Source: a virus (Duplodnaviria > Caudoviricetes). Taken from it: DNA of 64,000 bases. This document shows, one piece after another, positions 44,511 to 53,439 of the stretch. The stretch is taken from IMG/VR virus record IMGVR_UViG_3300046664_000044, positions 6-64,005 of that record; one strand, written 5' to 3'. Under the pieces are notes generated by a model, which worked only from the letters and a program-made list of their open reading frames with translations, searched no databases and was not told where the DNA came from. The translations under genes and the position numbers were made by a program. Numbering within the stretch: the stretch's first letter is position 1; every line of letters starts with the position of its first letter.

Positions 44511-44802
44511 ACTGCTCGACCAGCAACCGGCAGAAGAGCGCCGCCGCCAAGCCAAGATGGGGAAGAAGTTGAAAATACCTGCTGAACACGTGCTGGAAGT
44601 GACGAAGGGAGCGCCCTGCTACAAGGGGGTCGTGACCGCGATTGAGGTGGCCGGTGTGCAGGTGATCTTGATGGCCCGCACGAGTAGTGACCTGATGATC
44701 GCGCACCAGAAGATCACGAACTTCGCTGACTTCCGATTGGGTCTAGTCCACAAGGCGGGCATCATGGCGGCCAGGGACGTGAGCCTGGACGACGAGCTGT
44801 AA
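44494..44802 (+). CDS. Hypothetical protein (102 aa); ends LDDEL
   Basis: Last gene of the plus-strand arm; SD GGGAG. Confidence 0.68.
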   Translation: MDWPDELLDQQPAEERRRQAKMGKKLKIPAEHVLEVTKGAPCYKGVVTAIEVAGVQVILMARTSSDLMIAHQKITNFADFRLGLVHKAGIMAARDVSLDDEL

Positions 44803-44838
44803 AAAAGAGGCCCGGTTGGATTACTCCTTCCGGGCCTT
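44801..44838 (-). terminator. Intrinsic terminator between converging lysis and accessory operons
   Basis: AAGGCCCGG-loop-CCGGGCCTC then T6 on the minus strand. Confidence 0.7.
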
Positions 44839-44927
44839 AAAGCATGGACTCCCACTCCGTAAGGAGTACGCCGATTATACCAGCGTGGGAGAGAAGCCCA
44901 TGCGGGCGGGGTGAAAGCGACGCGGAC

Positions 44928-45176
44928 TCAATTCTTTTTGCCCCACCCGCACAGCGCCTTGCCGGTCAGGTTGTGTTCGAGTATCTGTCGTGCAGTCTCG
45001 TCGCTAATCACGTCCGACTTCCTGATGTAGATCGGCTTTGCGGTGTTGCAGTAGGTCGAATCAGTTGTCGCTTCCCTTATCTCCTTCTCCTTCGTCGTCA
45101 TCATCCCGCATCCAGTCGCGGCGCAGCTCGTCGCCAGCGCCACCGTGGCGTAGGCCACCCACTTGAACTTGCGCAT
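44928..45176 (-). CDS. o-spanin (Rz1-like lipoprotein, 82 aa)
   Basis: Signal peptide with Cys lipobox-like sites (LATSC/ATGC), further Cys residues; overlaps the i-spanin in another frame. Confidence 0.7.
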   Translation of the reverse strand: MRKFKWVAYATVALATSCAATGCGMMTTKEKEIREATTDSTYCNTAKPIYIRKSDVISDETARQILEHNLTGKALCGWGKKN

Positions 45177-45345
45177 TGTGTGCTCCTTCTGCTGCCGCAG
45201 CTTCGCGGCGTGCTTTCTCGTACTTGTACTTTTGTTCGGTCGAACGGCGAGCCGCACGACCGCCCAAGGCGTATGCACCGAGCAGGACAGCCAAGACCGC
45301 CAAAGCGGTCAAGGCCCAGCTCTGAAGCCTGGGCAGGATGCCCAT
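45061..45345 (-). CDS. i-spanin (Rz-like, 94 aa)
   Basis: N-terminal TM (ALTALAVLAVLLGAYALG) then helical region; TAATG coupling to the endolysin. Confidence 0.7.
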   Translation of the reverse strand: MGILPRLQSWALTALAVLAVLLGAYALGGRAARRSTEQKYKYEKARREAAAAEGAHNAQVQVGGLRHGGAGDELRRDWMRDDDDEGEGDKGSDN

Positions 45346-46034
45346 TACGCCACCACGCCCTGCTGGTGCTTCTTCACCTGCGACCATGCGATATAAACCG
45401 CGAGGCCGATGGTCAAGACACCGAATGCAATGCGAACCCAGGAGCCGCTGTTGATGTGATCCTGCTGGTTGTCGATGGCGGTCATCACCTGCGGTGCCAC
45501 GTCGGCCAGTTGCGCCACGCCCAGGCCAGCGGTGCCGGTGGCGGCCACGCTCTCCTTGGTCACTGGCACGGCGGCCACCACGGCTGCGGGCTTCACGACA
45601 CCGGCCTTCATCAGCGCCGCGTCGATGGTCGCATTGTCGTACCACGAGTTCGTGTTCGACTTCGGCCCGTTGCCGTTCTCGTGGCGGATGATGCACTCCA
45701 CGATTGGCTTCAGGTTCGCGTAGGTGTGCATGTCGAGCTGCTGGTCAGCGCCCAGGCCAGAGCGTGCACACACGATGTCGATGTACGCCTGCGTGTTGTT
45801 CTCGGATGGTGGTGCCCAACGGGCGATGATGGCGCGGATCGTGCGGATGTCGTACTTGTCCTGATACGAGATCAGGGTTCGGGCGATTGCGCGAATGCCC
45901 CAGGTCGGGTCGATGAAGATGGCGAAGCGTGGATCGGTTTGCTGATCTGGCGGGGCTAGACCCTGCCACTTCGCAGACCCTTTATCCAGATTACCCGGAT
46001 TGTGGTTGCGGATACCGCGTGGTGTCGAAGACAT
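45345..46034 (-). CDS. Endolysin (lysozyme-like, RGIRNxNPGNL type) with C-terminal TM helix
   Basis: RGIRNHNPGNL...F....WGIRA...RWAPPSENNT.AY; hydrophobic WVRIAFGVLTIGLAVYIAW. Confidence 0.8.
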   Translation of the reverse strand: MSSTPRGIRNHNPGNLDKGSAKWQGLAPPDQQTDPRFAIFIDPTWGIRAIARTLISYQDKYDIRTIRAIIARWAPPSENNTQAYIDIVCARSGLGADQQLDMHTYANLKPIVECIIRHENGNGPKSNTNSWYDNATIDAALMKAGVVKPAAVVAAVPVTKESVAATGTAGLGVAQLADVAPQVMTAIDNQQDHINSGSWVRIAFGVLTIGLAVYIAWSQVKKHQQGVVA

Positions 46035-46463
46035 TTACTTCCTCCATTCGTTGAGTTCTCGTTGAGGGGTGCGCTGGCTTACGGACGGGCCGTAGTAGAG
46101 ACGGTTCAGCAAGTCCTTGATCTCGGCCACGTCGCCCTTCATTTCGGCGCGCAGGGCTGCTTCTTTCCTGCTCTGTTCTTCGCGCAGATTGACCACGGCG
46201 GTTTCGTTCTTCTCGACGCGCTGATCCAGCTTGTCGATCTTGAACTCCGTGGTCATCTGGCGCTTGTCCAGGCCGTTGTAGAGGGTGATGCCGGAAGAGA
46301 CGAGGGCTACTACCGTTGCGAGCATCGAAAGGATGGTCGGGACGTTGAGCGTGAAGTCGAAGCGCATCAGCGGACGCCTCCTATCAAGCCCAAACACATG
46401 ACCATCATGACCCGCCCCGCGACGCTCGCTGCCTTGGTTTGGTCGTTCATTGGTTTGTTCCAT
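46035..46463 (-). CDS. Single-TM protein, putative holin/lysis accessory (142 aa)
   Basis: One TM (LNVPTILSMLATVVALVSSGITLY) plus coiled coil, immediately upstream of the endolysin. Confidence 0.45.
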   Translation of the reverse strand: MEQTNERPNQGSERRGAGHDGHVFGLDRRRPLMRFDFTLNVPTILSMLATVVALVSSGITLYNGLDKRQMTTEFKIDKLDQRVEKNETAVVNLREEQSRKEAALRAEMKGDVAEIKDLLNRLYYGPSVSQRTPQRELNEWRK

Positions 46464-46503
46464 TGTGATTCCCCCGTGAGAAGGGTACATGGTTGAAGGG
46501 GTA

Positions 46504-46530
46504 CAGCCGGGAGCGATTATACCCCCGGCT
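46504..46530. other. Stem-loop between tail block and lysis cassette with TATAAT (minus strand) in the loop
   Basis: CAGCCGGG...CCCGGCTG arms. Confidence 0.45.
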
Positions 46531-46540
46531 GAAAACCTCC

Positions 46541-48304
46541 TTACGTTATGGAAACAGAGAGGATGGCCCTGCGGCGGTCAACCCTTGCTGGTATGCGCTG
46601 CAACAGGGGATCGACCAGTACAACCATTTGCGCAACGGTGAACGCATCTACAGGGCTTGTCGGTGCCAACGGGTCGGCAAAGGCATCGCCAACGACCGGC
46701 ATGGCCCCTACAAGCTGCGCATTGAGCGTGGAGGTCGGCAGGTAGGGGTCGGGCAGATCGGCGTCTCCAAGGGCCGCAAATTGCGCCACGGCGAATGCTG
46801 TCACTTCGCTAACAGGCACGGTCGGATCGAACCGCACGCTGTCGTCGGCGGCCACCACCTTCTGCTGCACGGTGAACACCCTGGCCTCGCTTTGCGGCAC
46901 GGTCGGATCGAACACGGTGCTGTCGTCGGCAATCACGATCCGCTGCTGCAACGTGGTCACGACCACTTCCGACCATACCGTGTCCTTGTCGGGGAACGTG
47001 TCGGCCACCACCGGCTGCATACCGATGTCGTACACGTAGATGGCGTTGAGCAGCGCGTGCGGCGATTCCGTCTCCTTGTGCTGCGCGGCCTGCATCATGA
47101 ACTGCGGCACCATGACCCCGTAGTCCGGCGACATCACATCCGGTGGCAGCGGGTAGTCTTTGCCCAGGCAATACTGCACGCGCATCTGCGGCACGGTGAT
47201 GAAGCTGCCGTTCACGCCATCGGTGTACCTGTGCATCAGCGTCATCTGGTAGAACGACTTGCTGTAGCGGTCGGCGGTGGCGTTCGGCGGCGCGTACTGC
47301 TTGCGCACGGCCACCTGCTGCACGTAGCCTGCCACGCGCTCCATGCCGATGTACACGTCGGTCGATGGTGAGCGATGCTGAAGCACTTCCTGATACTGCT
47401 GCTTGACGTGTTCAGGGCCGATGACGCTGGTGTCCACCGTGCGCTGCTGCGCCACCTGCTCCACAAAGCTCGGCACGTCCACGGTGGTCGTGATGACCGG
47501 GCCGGTGCCAGCGGTGCGCGAGAGCGCGATCTGCATGCGCAGCGTCGGCACGCTAATCTGGCTGCGCGTGTTTGCCGCTGGCGTGGTGACGCGGTGCTGC
47601 GCCGCCATCATGTAGAGCTGCTTCACGTAGTCCATCGACACGGCCACGTAGGTCTTGTTCCGCGATTGGAGCGCAGACTGGAAATACTTGTACGTGTAGA
47701 TGTAGCCGATGATCTGGTTCGTCGGTGTGAAGAAGCGCCGCATGATCGTCTGGTGGCGCAGCGTCTTTGTGAACTTGTCGGAGACGGCCCAGGTGCGGTT
47801 GGCGTGCAGCGCGATCTGCTGGCGCAGCGTCGGCACGATCTGCGGAGACTTGACCGTGTTGGGCAGCGGGTAGGCCGGGTGCACCATCAGCACTGCCTGC
47901 CGGTAGGACGGGACGATCTGGCGAACGGTGAGCGGATCGCTCGGCAGTTGCATCAGCACTTCGCGCACGGCGGTGCTCGTGCCGAACGGCGGTTGCCACA
48001 TCAGCACCTCGCGCACGGCACCGACAAGGCCGCCGTACCACGTCATGCCGTAGCCGTCGCCGGTCAGCACGTCGCGCACCGTGGCTGGTAGCGCATCGCA
48101 GAACGTGATCTTGCCAACACCGTCGCCGGTCAGCACGTCGCGCACTACGGCGGGCAGCACGCTACCCTGGATGTCGATGCCGAAGCCGTTGCCTGTGATG
48201 ATCTCGCGCTCGACGTTGATAACGTCGGACGCAATATCACGACCGACGCTACTCCCGCCCAGGCTCTCACGAACGCTTGTACTGCTTGCGGTCTTGTTAG
48301 CCAC
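46541..48304 (-). CDS. Repeat-rich tail-associated protein (587 aa)
   Basis: VR(D/E)VL, VPxLRxQ and DPxxPxS repeats; last gene of the tail block. Confidence 0.75.
   Translation of the reverse strand: MANKTASSTSVRESLGGSSVGRDIASDVINVEREIITGNGFGIDIQGSVLPAVVRDVLTGDGVGKITFCDALPATVRDVLTGDGYGMTWYGGLVGAVREVLMWQPPFGTSTAVREVLMQLPSDPLTVRQIVPSYRQAVLMVHPAYPLPNTVKSPQIVPTLRQQIALHANRTWAVSDKFTKTLRHQTIMRRFFTPTNQIIGYIYTYKYFQSALQSRNKTYVAVSMDYVKQLYMMAAQHRVTTPAANTRSQISVPTLRMQIALSRTAGTGPVITTTVDVPSFVEQVAQQRTVDTSVIGPEHVKQQYQEVLQHRSPSTDVYIGMERVAGYVQQVAVRKQYAPPNATADRYSKSFYQMTLMHRYTDGVNGSFITVPQMRVQYCLGKDYPLPPDVMSPDYGVMVPQFMMQAAQHKETESPHALLNAIYVYDIGMQPVVADTFPDKDTVWSEVVVTTLQQRIVIADDSTVFDPTVPQSEARVFTVQQKVVAADDSVRFDPTVPVSEVTAFAVAQFAALGDADLPDPYLPTSTLNAQLVGAMPVVGDAFADPLAPTSPVDAFTVAQMVVLVDPLLQRIPARVDRRRAILSVSIT
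48054..48145. repeat. 26-bp direct repeat (48054..48079, 48120..48145), 66-bp period
   Basis: CCGTCGCCGGTCAGCACGTCGCGCAC twice, encoding VRDVLTGDG. Confidence 0.85.
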
Positions 48305-48313
48305 AGGCGCTCC

Positions 48314-50482
48314 TTACGAAGTGAGGCGCATACCGAACTGCGATGCTGACGCTTCAGCCGCCGTCCAGGCTGCGGACGTGGCCGGATTCACAGAGGTGTA
48401 GTTGGCATATGGTGTGTAGCCCGCCAGCGCTGGCATCGAACCATCGACCAGACCGACCGAGTACACGGCCAGATAGCCCGCGTTGCCGATCATGACCCAA
48501 TCACCATTGGCCGCCTTTGCGAGTCCGCGAATGTTGCCCGACGCTCCGATCTGCGGCAGCACGCGGTAGTCGATGCCGTTCAGTGAAACCTGCACCGCAC
48601 CGTTGTTTCCGACGAATACGGACTGACCGGCCACGTCAGGGTCGCCAGCGGCGGCCAAGGCTGCACCGGCAGAAGTTCCCGGCGCTTGCGTGCCACCGGA
48701 CACAGTGTTCCACGTGATGCCGTCAGGGCTGCGTCGCTGGTAGGCGGTATTGAACGTGCCGAGGTTCTGGAACGCGATGAACGCATTACCATCCCAGCAG
48801 ATGTACGGTGTGCCGGTAAAGCTGATGTTGCTGCTCGTGCTCCACGTTGCACCTTCATCGTCGCTACGGTAGGAGGACGCCGGGTTGGCGTTGTTGGAGA
48901 CGACGAGACGACCGCTGCCGGTGCCGAGGCCGGACGCTGCCGGTGCGTGAGCCATTGAGCCGAGATTGCCAGCAGCGGACGTGATGCGAGTCCAGTTGCC
49001 ACTGACATCCGGCGTACCTTGTGCGATGGACGGCCCGCGCAGGAAAGCGGAAGAAAGGCATCCAAGCGCGATGCGACCGCTAGGCATGGTGATCGCACAC
49101 TGGCATGCAAAGGATGCCGACTGGCTGGCGAGCGTGATTGCAGCGCCGGGAACATCGGTGCCTGGGGCGATGGTCTGGAACTTGCCGTCACTGCGACCGA
49201 TTACGCCCCAACCATCGGAGCGGAAAGTGATGCAGGTGTAGTGGATCGAACCGCCGTCGTCGCTGACGGTCGTCCATGCGCCCTGCCCGTTGTTCGCGTT
49301 GGTCAGGAGCGCGATGGAGTCACCGACAGCGAACAGCTTGCCGTCAGTCGGGCGGCGCGCAATCCCGTTGAGGTTCTTAGTGGAGATCGCGGTCATGAGG
49401 CGCATCTCGCGGGCCTTCTGCGCGGTGAACTCGCTGCCATTCGATGCGCGCACGATTGCACGAATGGAATGCGGGTTGGCCTCCAAGTTCGACGCAAGGA
49501 CTTTCACGCCGACTGAGTGGATCGTGGTGCCGCTTGCCGTGGTCGTGTCGGTCGTGCTGGTATAGATGTCCTGATCGCCGACAGTCGAGCTTTGCAGCGA
49601 TGCCGGTGGCGCGTCCACCAGATCAAGTGCGGCCACTTGGGCGTTGGCCGTGTAGCCGCCTGGGCGGATGAAGTTCGCCACCACGTCGGTGTTTGGGCGC
49701 ACGCCGATCACACGAGTGGACGGGCCGAGGCGCACATTGGGCGCGTTCGCATCTTCGACGAGGTTGTACCAGTTGCCGATGGCCCAGCGAGCCGGTGCGC
49801 CGCTGAACTGGCTGCTGCCGCTGGTGACGGACGTTTGCTCGTACAACAGCGCTATGCACTCGACGCCCAGGCCCAGGCCGGTCTTCTGCATCACCAGCGT
49901 GTCGTCGATCCATACGCGCACATCGTTCGACGAGATGCGGTATTCGATGAAGTAGGTGCGCCCGGTGCCGAGCGTCTTCTGGCTCTGCGCCGCGTCCACG
50001 CCCCAACGAATCTGCAAGTCTTGCGTGACGCGAAAGGCTTCACGAACGGTGTGCGTGTTACCGGAGCTGGACACGTCCCAGCTCGCGTCCTTGCTCGTGG
50101 TGGCAATCACGCGCAGGATCGGGTTCGTGGCCGCCGCCGTGGACTTGACGTATTCGTTGGGGATGTACAGCGAGAAGCCGCCGACGATGGCCTCGCCGAG
50201 CACCACCGGCAGCGACTTGCGGATGCCAGCTTTACCAACGTTGGCCGCGAATGAACCAGCCGAGAAGAAGAGCGCGTTGCGATCAGGGTTCACCGGGTCA
50301 GGGCGGATCGCAAAGCCTACGTGCTGGTTGGCCGTCTGGTCGCCAATGCTGACCGCATGGCCGCCACGGCGCAAGTTCGCGGCCACGGCGAGACGCGCAT
50401 TGTCGTTGCCGGTAGTGCTGGTGTCATCGCTGCTATTCACCGCCTGATATGCGATGAACGATTCAGTGTGAAGGGTGCTCAT
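48314..50482 (-). CDS. Tail fibre/virion protein, lectin-like paralog 4 with beta-propeller insert (722 aa)
   Basis: RLGP...RP..D and terminal FG motif shared with paralogs; Asp-box S.D.G.TW repeats. Confidence 0.75.
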   Translation of the reverse strand: MSTLHTESFIAYQAVNSSDDTSTTGNDNARLAVAANLRRGGHAVSIGDQTANQHVGFAIRPDPVNPDRNALFFSAGSFAANVGKAGIRKSLPVVLGEAIVGGFSLYIPNEYVKSTAAATNPILRVIATTSKDASWDVSSSGNTHTVREAFRVTQDLQIRWGVDAAQSQKTLGTGRTYFIEYRISSNDVRVWIDDTLVMQKTGLGLGVECIALLYEQTSVTSGSSQFSGAPARWAIGNWYNLVEDANAPNVRLGPSTRVIGVRPNTDVVANFIRPGGYTANAQVAALDLVDAPPASLQSSTVGDQDIYTSTTDTTTASGTTIHSVGVKVLASNLEANPHSIRAIVRASNGSEFTAQKAREMRLMTAISTKNLNGIARRPTDGKLFAVGDSIALLTNANNGQGAWTTVSDDGGSIHYTCITFRSDGWGVIGRSDGKFQTIAPGTDVPGAAITLASQSASFACQCAITMPSGRIALGCLSSAFLRGPSIAQGTPDVSGNWTRITSAAGNLGSMAHAPAASGLGTGSGRLVVSNNANPASSYRSDDEGATWSTSSNISFTGTPYICWDGNAFIAFQNLGTFNTAYQRRSPDGITWNTVSGGTQAPGTSAGAALAAAGDPDVAGQSVFVGNNGAVQVSLNGIDYRVLPQIGASGNIRGLAKAANGDWVMIGNAGYLAVYSVGLVDGSMPALAGYTPYANYTSVNPATSAAWTAAEASASQFGMRLTS

Positions 50483-50492
50483 TCATTTCTCC

Positions 50493-51506
50493 TTATCGAG
50501 CGATGATGCCGAAGTTCGAGGACTCGACCAAGTTCTGCGTCCACGTCGCGCCGCCCGGTGCCTGCTCGAAGATCGTTTGCTTGTAGGCGAACGCGGTGTC
50601 CAGGCTCACCTGCACTTCAACGTTGCCGCCAGTGGTGCCGATGGTCATGCCCAGGTTGCGGTTGTCGAGGTCGCCCTTGCGCGCATACGACGTGAGCGCC
50701 ACGGCGAAAATCTGGTTCGCGTTCGGCAGCACCACGTTGGAAGTGAACTTGTCCGTCTTGCCGTCCACGTTCGCTTGCAGGTACGGCGCGTTCGATGCGT
50801 TCGGCGAGAGCTGCGCCAGGATCGAGTAGTGCGAACCGCTCGCGCCCACGGGCGTCCACTGCGTCGTCACGTCGGCGGTCGGCGCACGGGTCACGATCTG
50901 CACCGGGCCGAGGCGCGCATTGTTCTGGCCGCCCGTGTCGTCAACGATGTAGAAGTCGTCGATCTCGATGGTCGCTGCGGTCGAGGAAGTCGCGGTGATA
51001 CCCCAGGTGATCGTGTAGTCGTTGCCCACGCCGCCCGGCAGATCGACTTCCAGTTGCAGCGTGTCGTTGGCGTACACGTCGATCTTGCCGGTGGTCTTGT
51101 TGACGACGATCTCGATGTACCAGTAGGCGTTCAGGATGATCACGTCCGCGCCGAGCGTGGTGCCGACCTTCATCTTGCCGGTGCTGGTGTCCCAATCGAG
51201 GTCGATCACGCCCGCGATACGAGCGAAGCGCATACGCGAGGTCTGACCACGGAACGAGAAACCGAAGACCACGATGTTGCCCGTGCTGGTGATGGTCTTG
51301 GACAGCGACGGCGGCGTGGACGAGCCAGCGGTGATCGTCATCTTCAGGCCCAGCGAGTTCGCATCCTGGCCGTCCACGATGTTGAAGGTGGTGTTGGTCG
51401 CGTTGTTCACCACGTAGCCTGCGGCTTGCAGGTAGGCCGTGATGTTTGCGGCGGTTTCGGTCTTGGCTGCGTACTGATCGAAGCCATCCATAGTTTTGAG
51501 AGCCAT
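50493..51506 (-). CDS. Tail fibre/virion protein, lectin-like paralog 3 (337 aa)
   Basis: DGFDQY, IDDFY, LGP.QI..R.P..D, ARKGDLDNR, FGI. Confidence 0.78.
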   Translation of the reverse strand: MALKTMDGFDQYAAKTETAANITAYLQAAGYVVNNATNTTFNIVDGQDANSLGLKMTITAGSSTPPSLSKTITSTGNIVVFGFSFRGQTSRMRFARIAGVIDLDWDTSTGKMKVGTTLGADVIILNAYWYIEIVVNKTTGKIDVYANDTLQLEVDLPGGVGNDYTITWGITATSSTAATIEIDDFYIVDDTGGQNNARLGPVQIVTRAPTADVTTQWTPVGASGSHYSILAQLSPNASNAPYLQANVDGKTDKFTSNVVLPNANQIFAVALTSYARKGDLDNRNLGMTIGTTGGNVEVQVSLDTAFAYKQTIFEQAPGGATWTQNLVESSNFGIIAR

Positions 51507-51522
51507 TCTATTTTCCTTTCAA

Positions 51523-53427
51523 TTACGGGCGAACGGCGATGCCGAACGGGGTGGAGACGGTATTCGTTGCGTCCCAGGCGACATCGCCCGGTGCCTTCTC
51601 GAACACGGCAAAGCTGTATTCTGGCACGATGGACAGGGTGGTATCCACAACCTCCTTCTGCGTCGAGCCGTTCGGGCCGACCAGCAGGCCGAGTTGACGG
51701 TTGTCGATGTCGCCTTTCAGCGCGAGTGCGACGACGCCGACAGCGATGATCGGCAGCGTGGTGCCAGCACCTTCAGGCAGCGGCGTGTCGCTCGTGTACA
51801 AGTCCTTCTTGCCGGACGTGCCGCTGCGCACATACGATGCGTCGCTCGGTGGCAGCAGGCCGACCATCGGCCAGTGCGCGGAGCCGGAAGCCGTGACCCA
51901 TTCAGCAGTGGCCGTGTCGGCGGTCGGCAGGCGCAGCGGAATCTGCACAGGCCCGATGCGGTCAACGATGGTCGCGCCGCCAGCAGTGGAGTCGTCCACC
52001 ATCACCATGTCGTCGATCTGGCTCACCGCGCCGTTCTCCGACATCCACGTGAACTCGAACGAGGTCTTCGTGTCAGTACCGGTAGGCAGCGGGCAGGACA
52101 CGTCGAGCGTGTTGTTGATCCACAGGTGCGCCAGCATCGCGGTCTTGTCGATCACCAGCTCGTAGTAGTAGTCGATGTTGCGCGCCGGGATCGCAACGCC
52201 GTGCACCACGGTGCCGCCGGTCGGCGTCAGGTCGATCTGCGCGGGCCAGTCCATGTCCAGCACGTCCTTCACCGACAGAACACGACCGCGTGCGGTAGCG
52301 CGATGGCACCAGCCCACGGTGAACTTGTTGCCCGCCACGGTAAAGGTGCGCTTGATGGTGGTCGGCGGTGCCAGCGCCACGTAGATTGCTGCGCTGCTGC
52401 CCGGCGCGCTTGGCACTTCACCGACCGTGACCCAGCCGGTTTGCCCGCTGTGCAGCGCGAACACGTCGTTGAGGCCGACGCCGCCGCCGATCACGGTGGC
52501 CGCCGTCCACGTGTCCTCGTCATCCGACCACGTGATCTCGCCGCTGTTGCCGACCGCGATCCAGCGGCCATCCGAGAAGGCCAGCGCGTTGACGAAGCTG
52601 CCAACAACGTTCGTGGCCGCCGCTGTCCAAGTCACGCCGTTGTTGATCGAGCGGCGCAGATCGTTGCCGACAGCGACGAACCAGTGGCCCGCAGTGCTCA
52701 CCTCCACCGCCGTGATGTTCTCGGTCGTGCCTGACGTGCGCTGCGTGAACGCGGCCAAGTCCTGCGTGGTGATGATCCTGCCGGTGACGCCCGCCGCAAC
52801 CCAGGTGCCGCCGCCGAACGCCACGTCGTTGAGAATCTTGTCGCCCGCGTTCGCGCCGGATGCCGCCGCCCAGGTCAGGCCGTCGTCGGTGGAAGTCCAG
52901 ATCGCGCCCGACGCGCTGCCGTTGCTGCCGACCGCCATCCACTTGCCCGCGCCGTCCGTCTCCACGGCCAGCAGGAAGTCCGTGGCGTTCGGGCCGGTGA
53001 TCGGCGCGAAGTTCTTGCCGTCAGTCGAGCGCATGATCGTGCCGCTGCCGCCCACGGCGATGAACACGCCATTGCCCCACTGGATGTCGGAGAGGTTCGT
53101 GGCGACGCCCATGATCAGCGGCAGGAAGGTATTCAGGTCGTCGCTGTAGATCGCCACGCCAGCGTCACCGACTGCGACGAAGCGCCCGGTGGCCGACACG
53201 ACTGCGCCATTCAGCGCGGACTTCGCATTGTTCGTGCGAGGCGACCACGAATCGCCAGCAGCGCCCGCGATGACTTGCAGCTCCAATGCGAAGCTGTCGG
53301 TCTTACGGCCCGGCACGATGTCGAGGCCGGTGGTGCAGACGTAGCCCGCGCCCGCCAGCGAGGCCAGGAGGTCTTGATCGCTTTGACCCTGGTACTGGTC
53401 GAAGCCGTCAATGTGTTTGATTGCCAT
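51523..53427 (-). CDS. Tail fibre/virion protein, lectin-like paralog 2 with beta-propeller insert (634 aa)
   Basis: DGFDQY start; ~300-aa insert of AVG..G.I..S.DG..W blades; LKGDIDNR, FGI. Confidence 0.78.
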   Translation of the reverse strand: MAIKHIDGFDQYQGQSDQDLLASLAGAGYVCTTGLDIVPGRKTDSFALELQVIAGAAGDSWSPRTNNAKSALNGAVVSATGRFVAVGDAGVAIYSDDLNTFLPLIMGVATNLSDIQWGNGVFIAVGGSGTIMRSTDGKNFAPITGPNATDFLLAVETDGAGKWMAVGSNGSASGAIWTSTDDGLTWAAASGANAGDKILNDVAFGGGTWVAAGVTGRIITTQDLAAFTQRTSGTTENITAVEVSTAGHWFVAVGNDLRRSINNGVTWTAAATNVVGSFVNALAFSDGRWIAVGNSGEITWSDDEDTWTAATVIGGGVGLNDVFALHSGQTGWVTVGEVPSAPGSSAAIYVALAPPTTIKRTFTVAGNKFTVGWCHRATARGRVLSVKDVLDMDWPAQIDLTPTGGTVVHGVAIPARNIDYYYELVIDKTAMLAHLWINNTLDVSCPLPTGTDTKTSFEFTWMSENGAVSQIDDMVMVDDSTAGGATIVDRIGPVQIPLRLPTADTATAEWVTASGSAHWPMVGLLPPSDASYVRSGTSGKKDLYTSDTPLPEGAGTTLPIIAVGVVALALKGDIDNRQLGLLVGPNGSTQKEVVDTTLSIVPEYSFAVFEKAPGDVAWDATNTVSTPFGIAVRP

Positions 53428-53439
53428 ATCGTTTTCCTT

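Noticed and set aside
23500-44800. Lysogeny module (integrase, excisionase, ParA, attP)
   Set aside because: No tyrosine or serine recombinase or partition motifs recognised; only Cro-like/HTH regulators.
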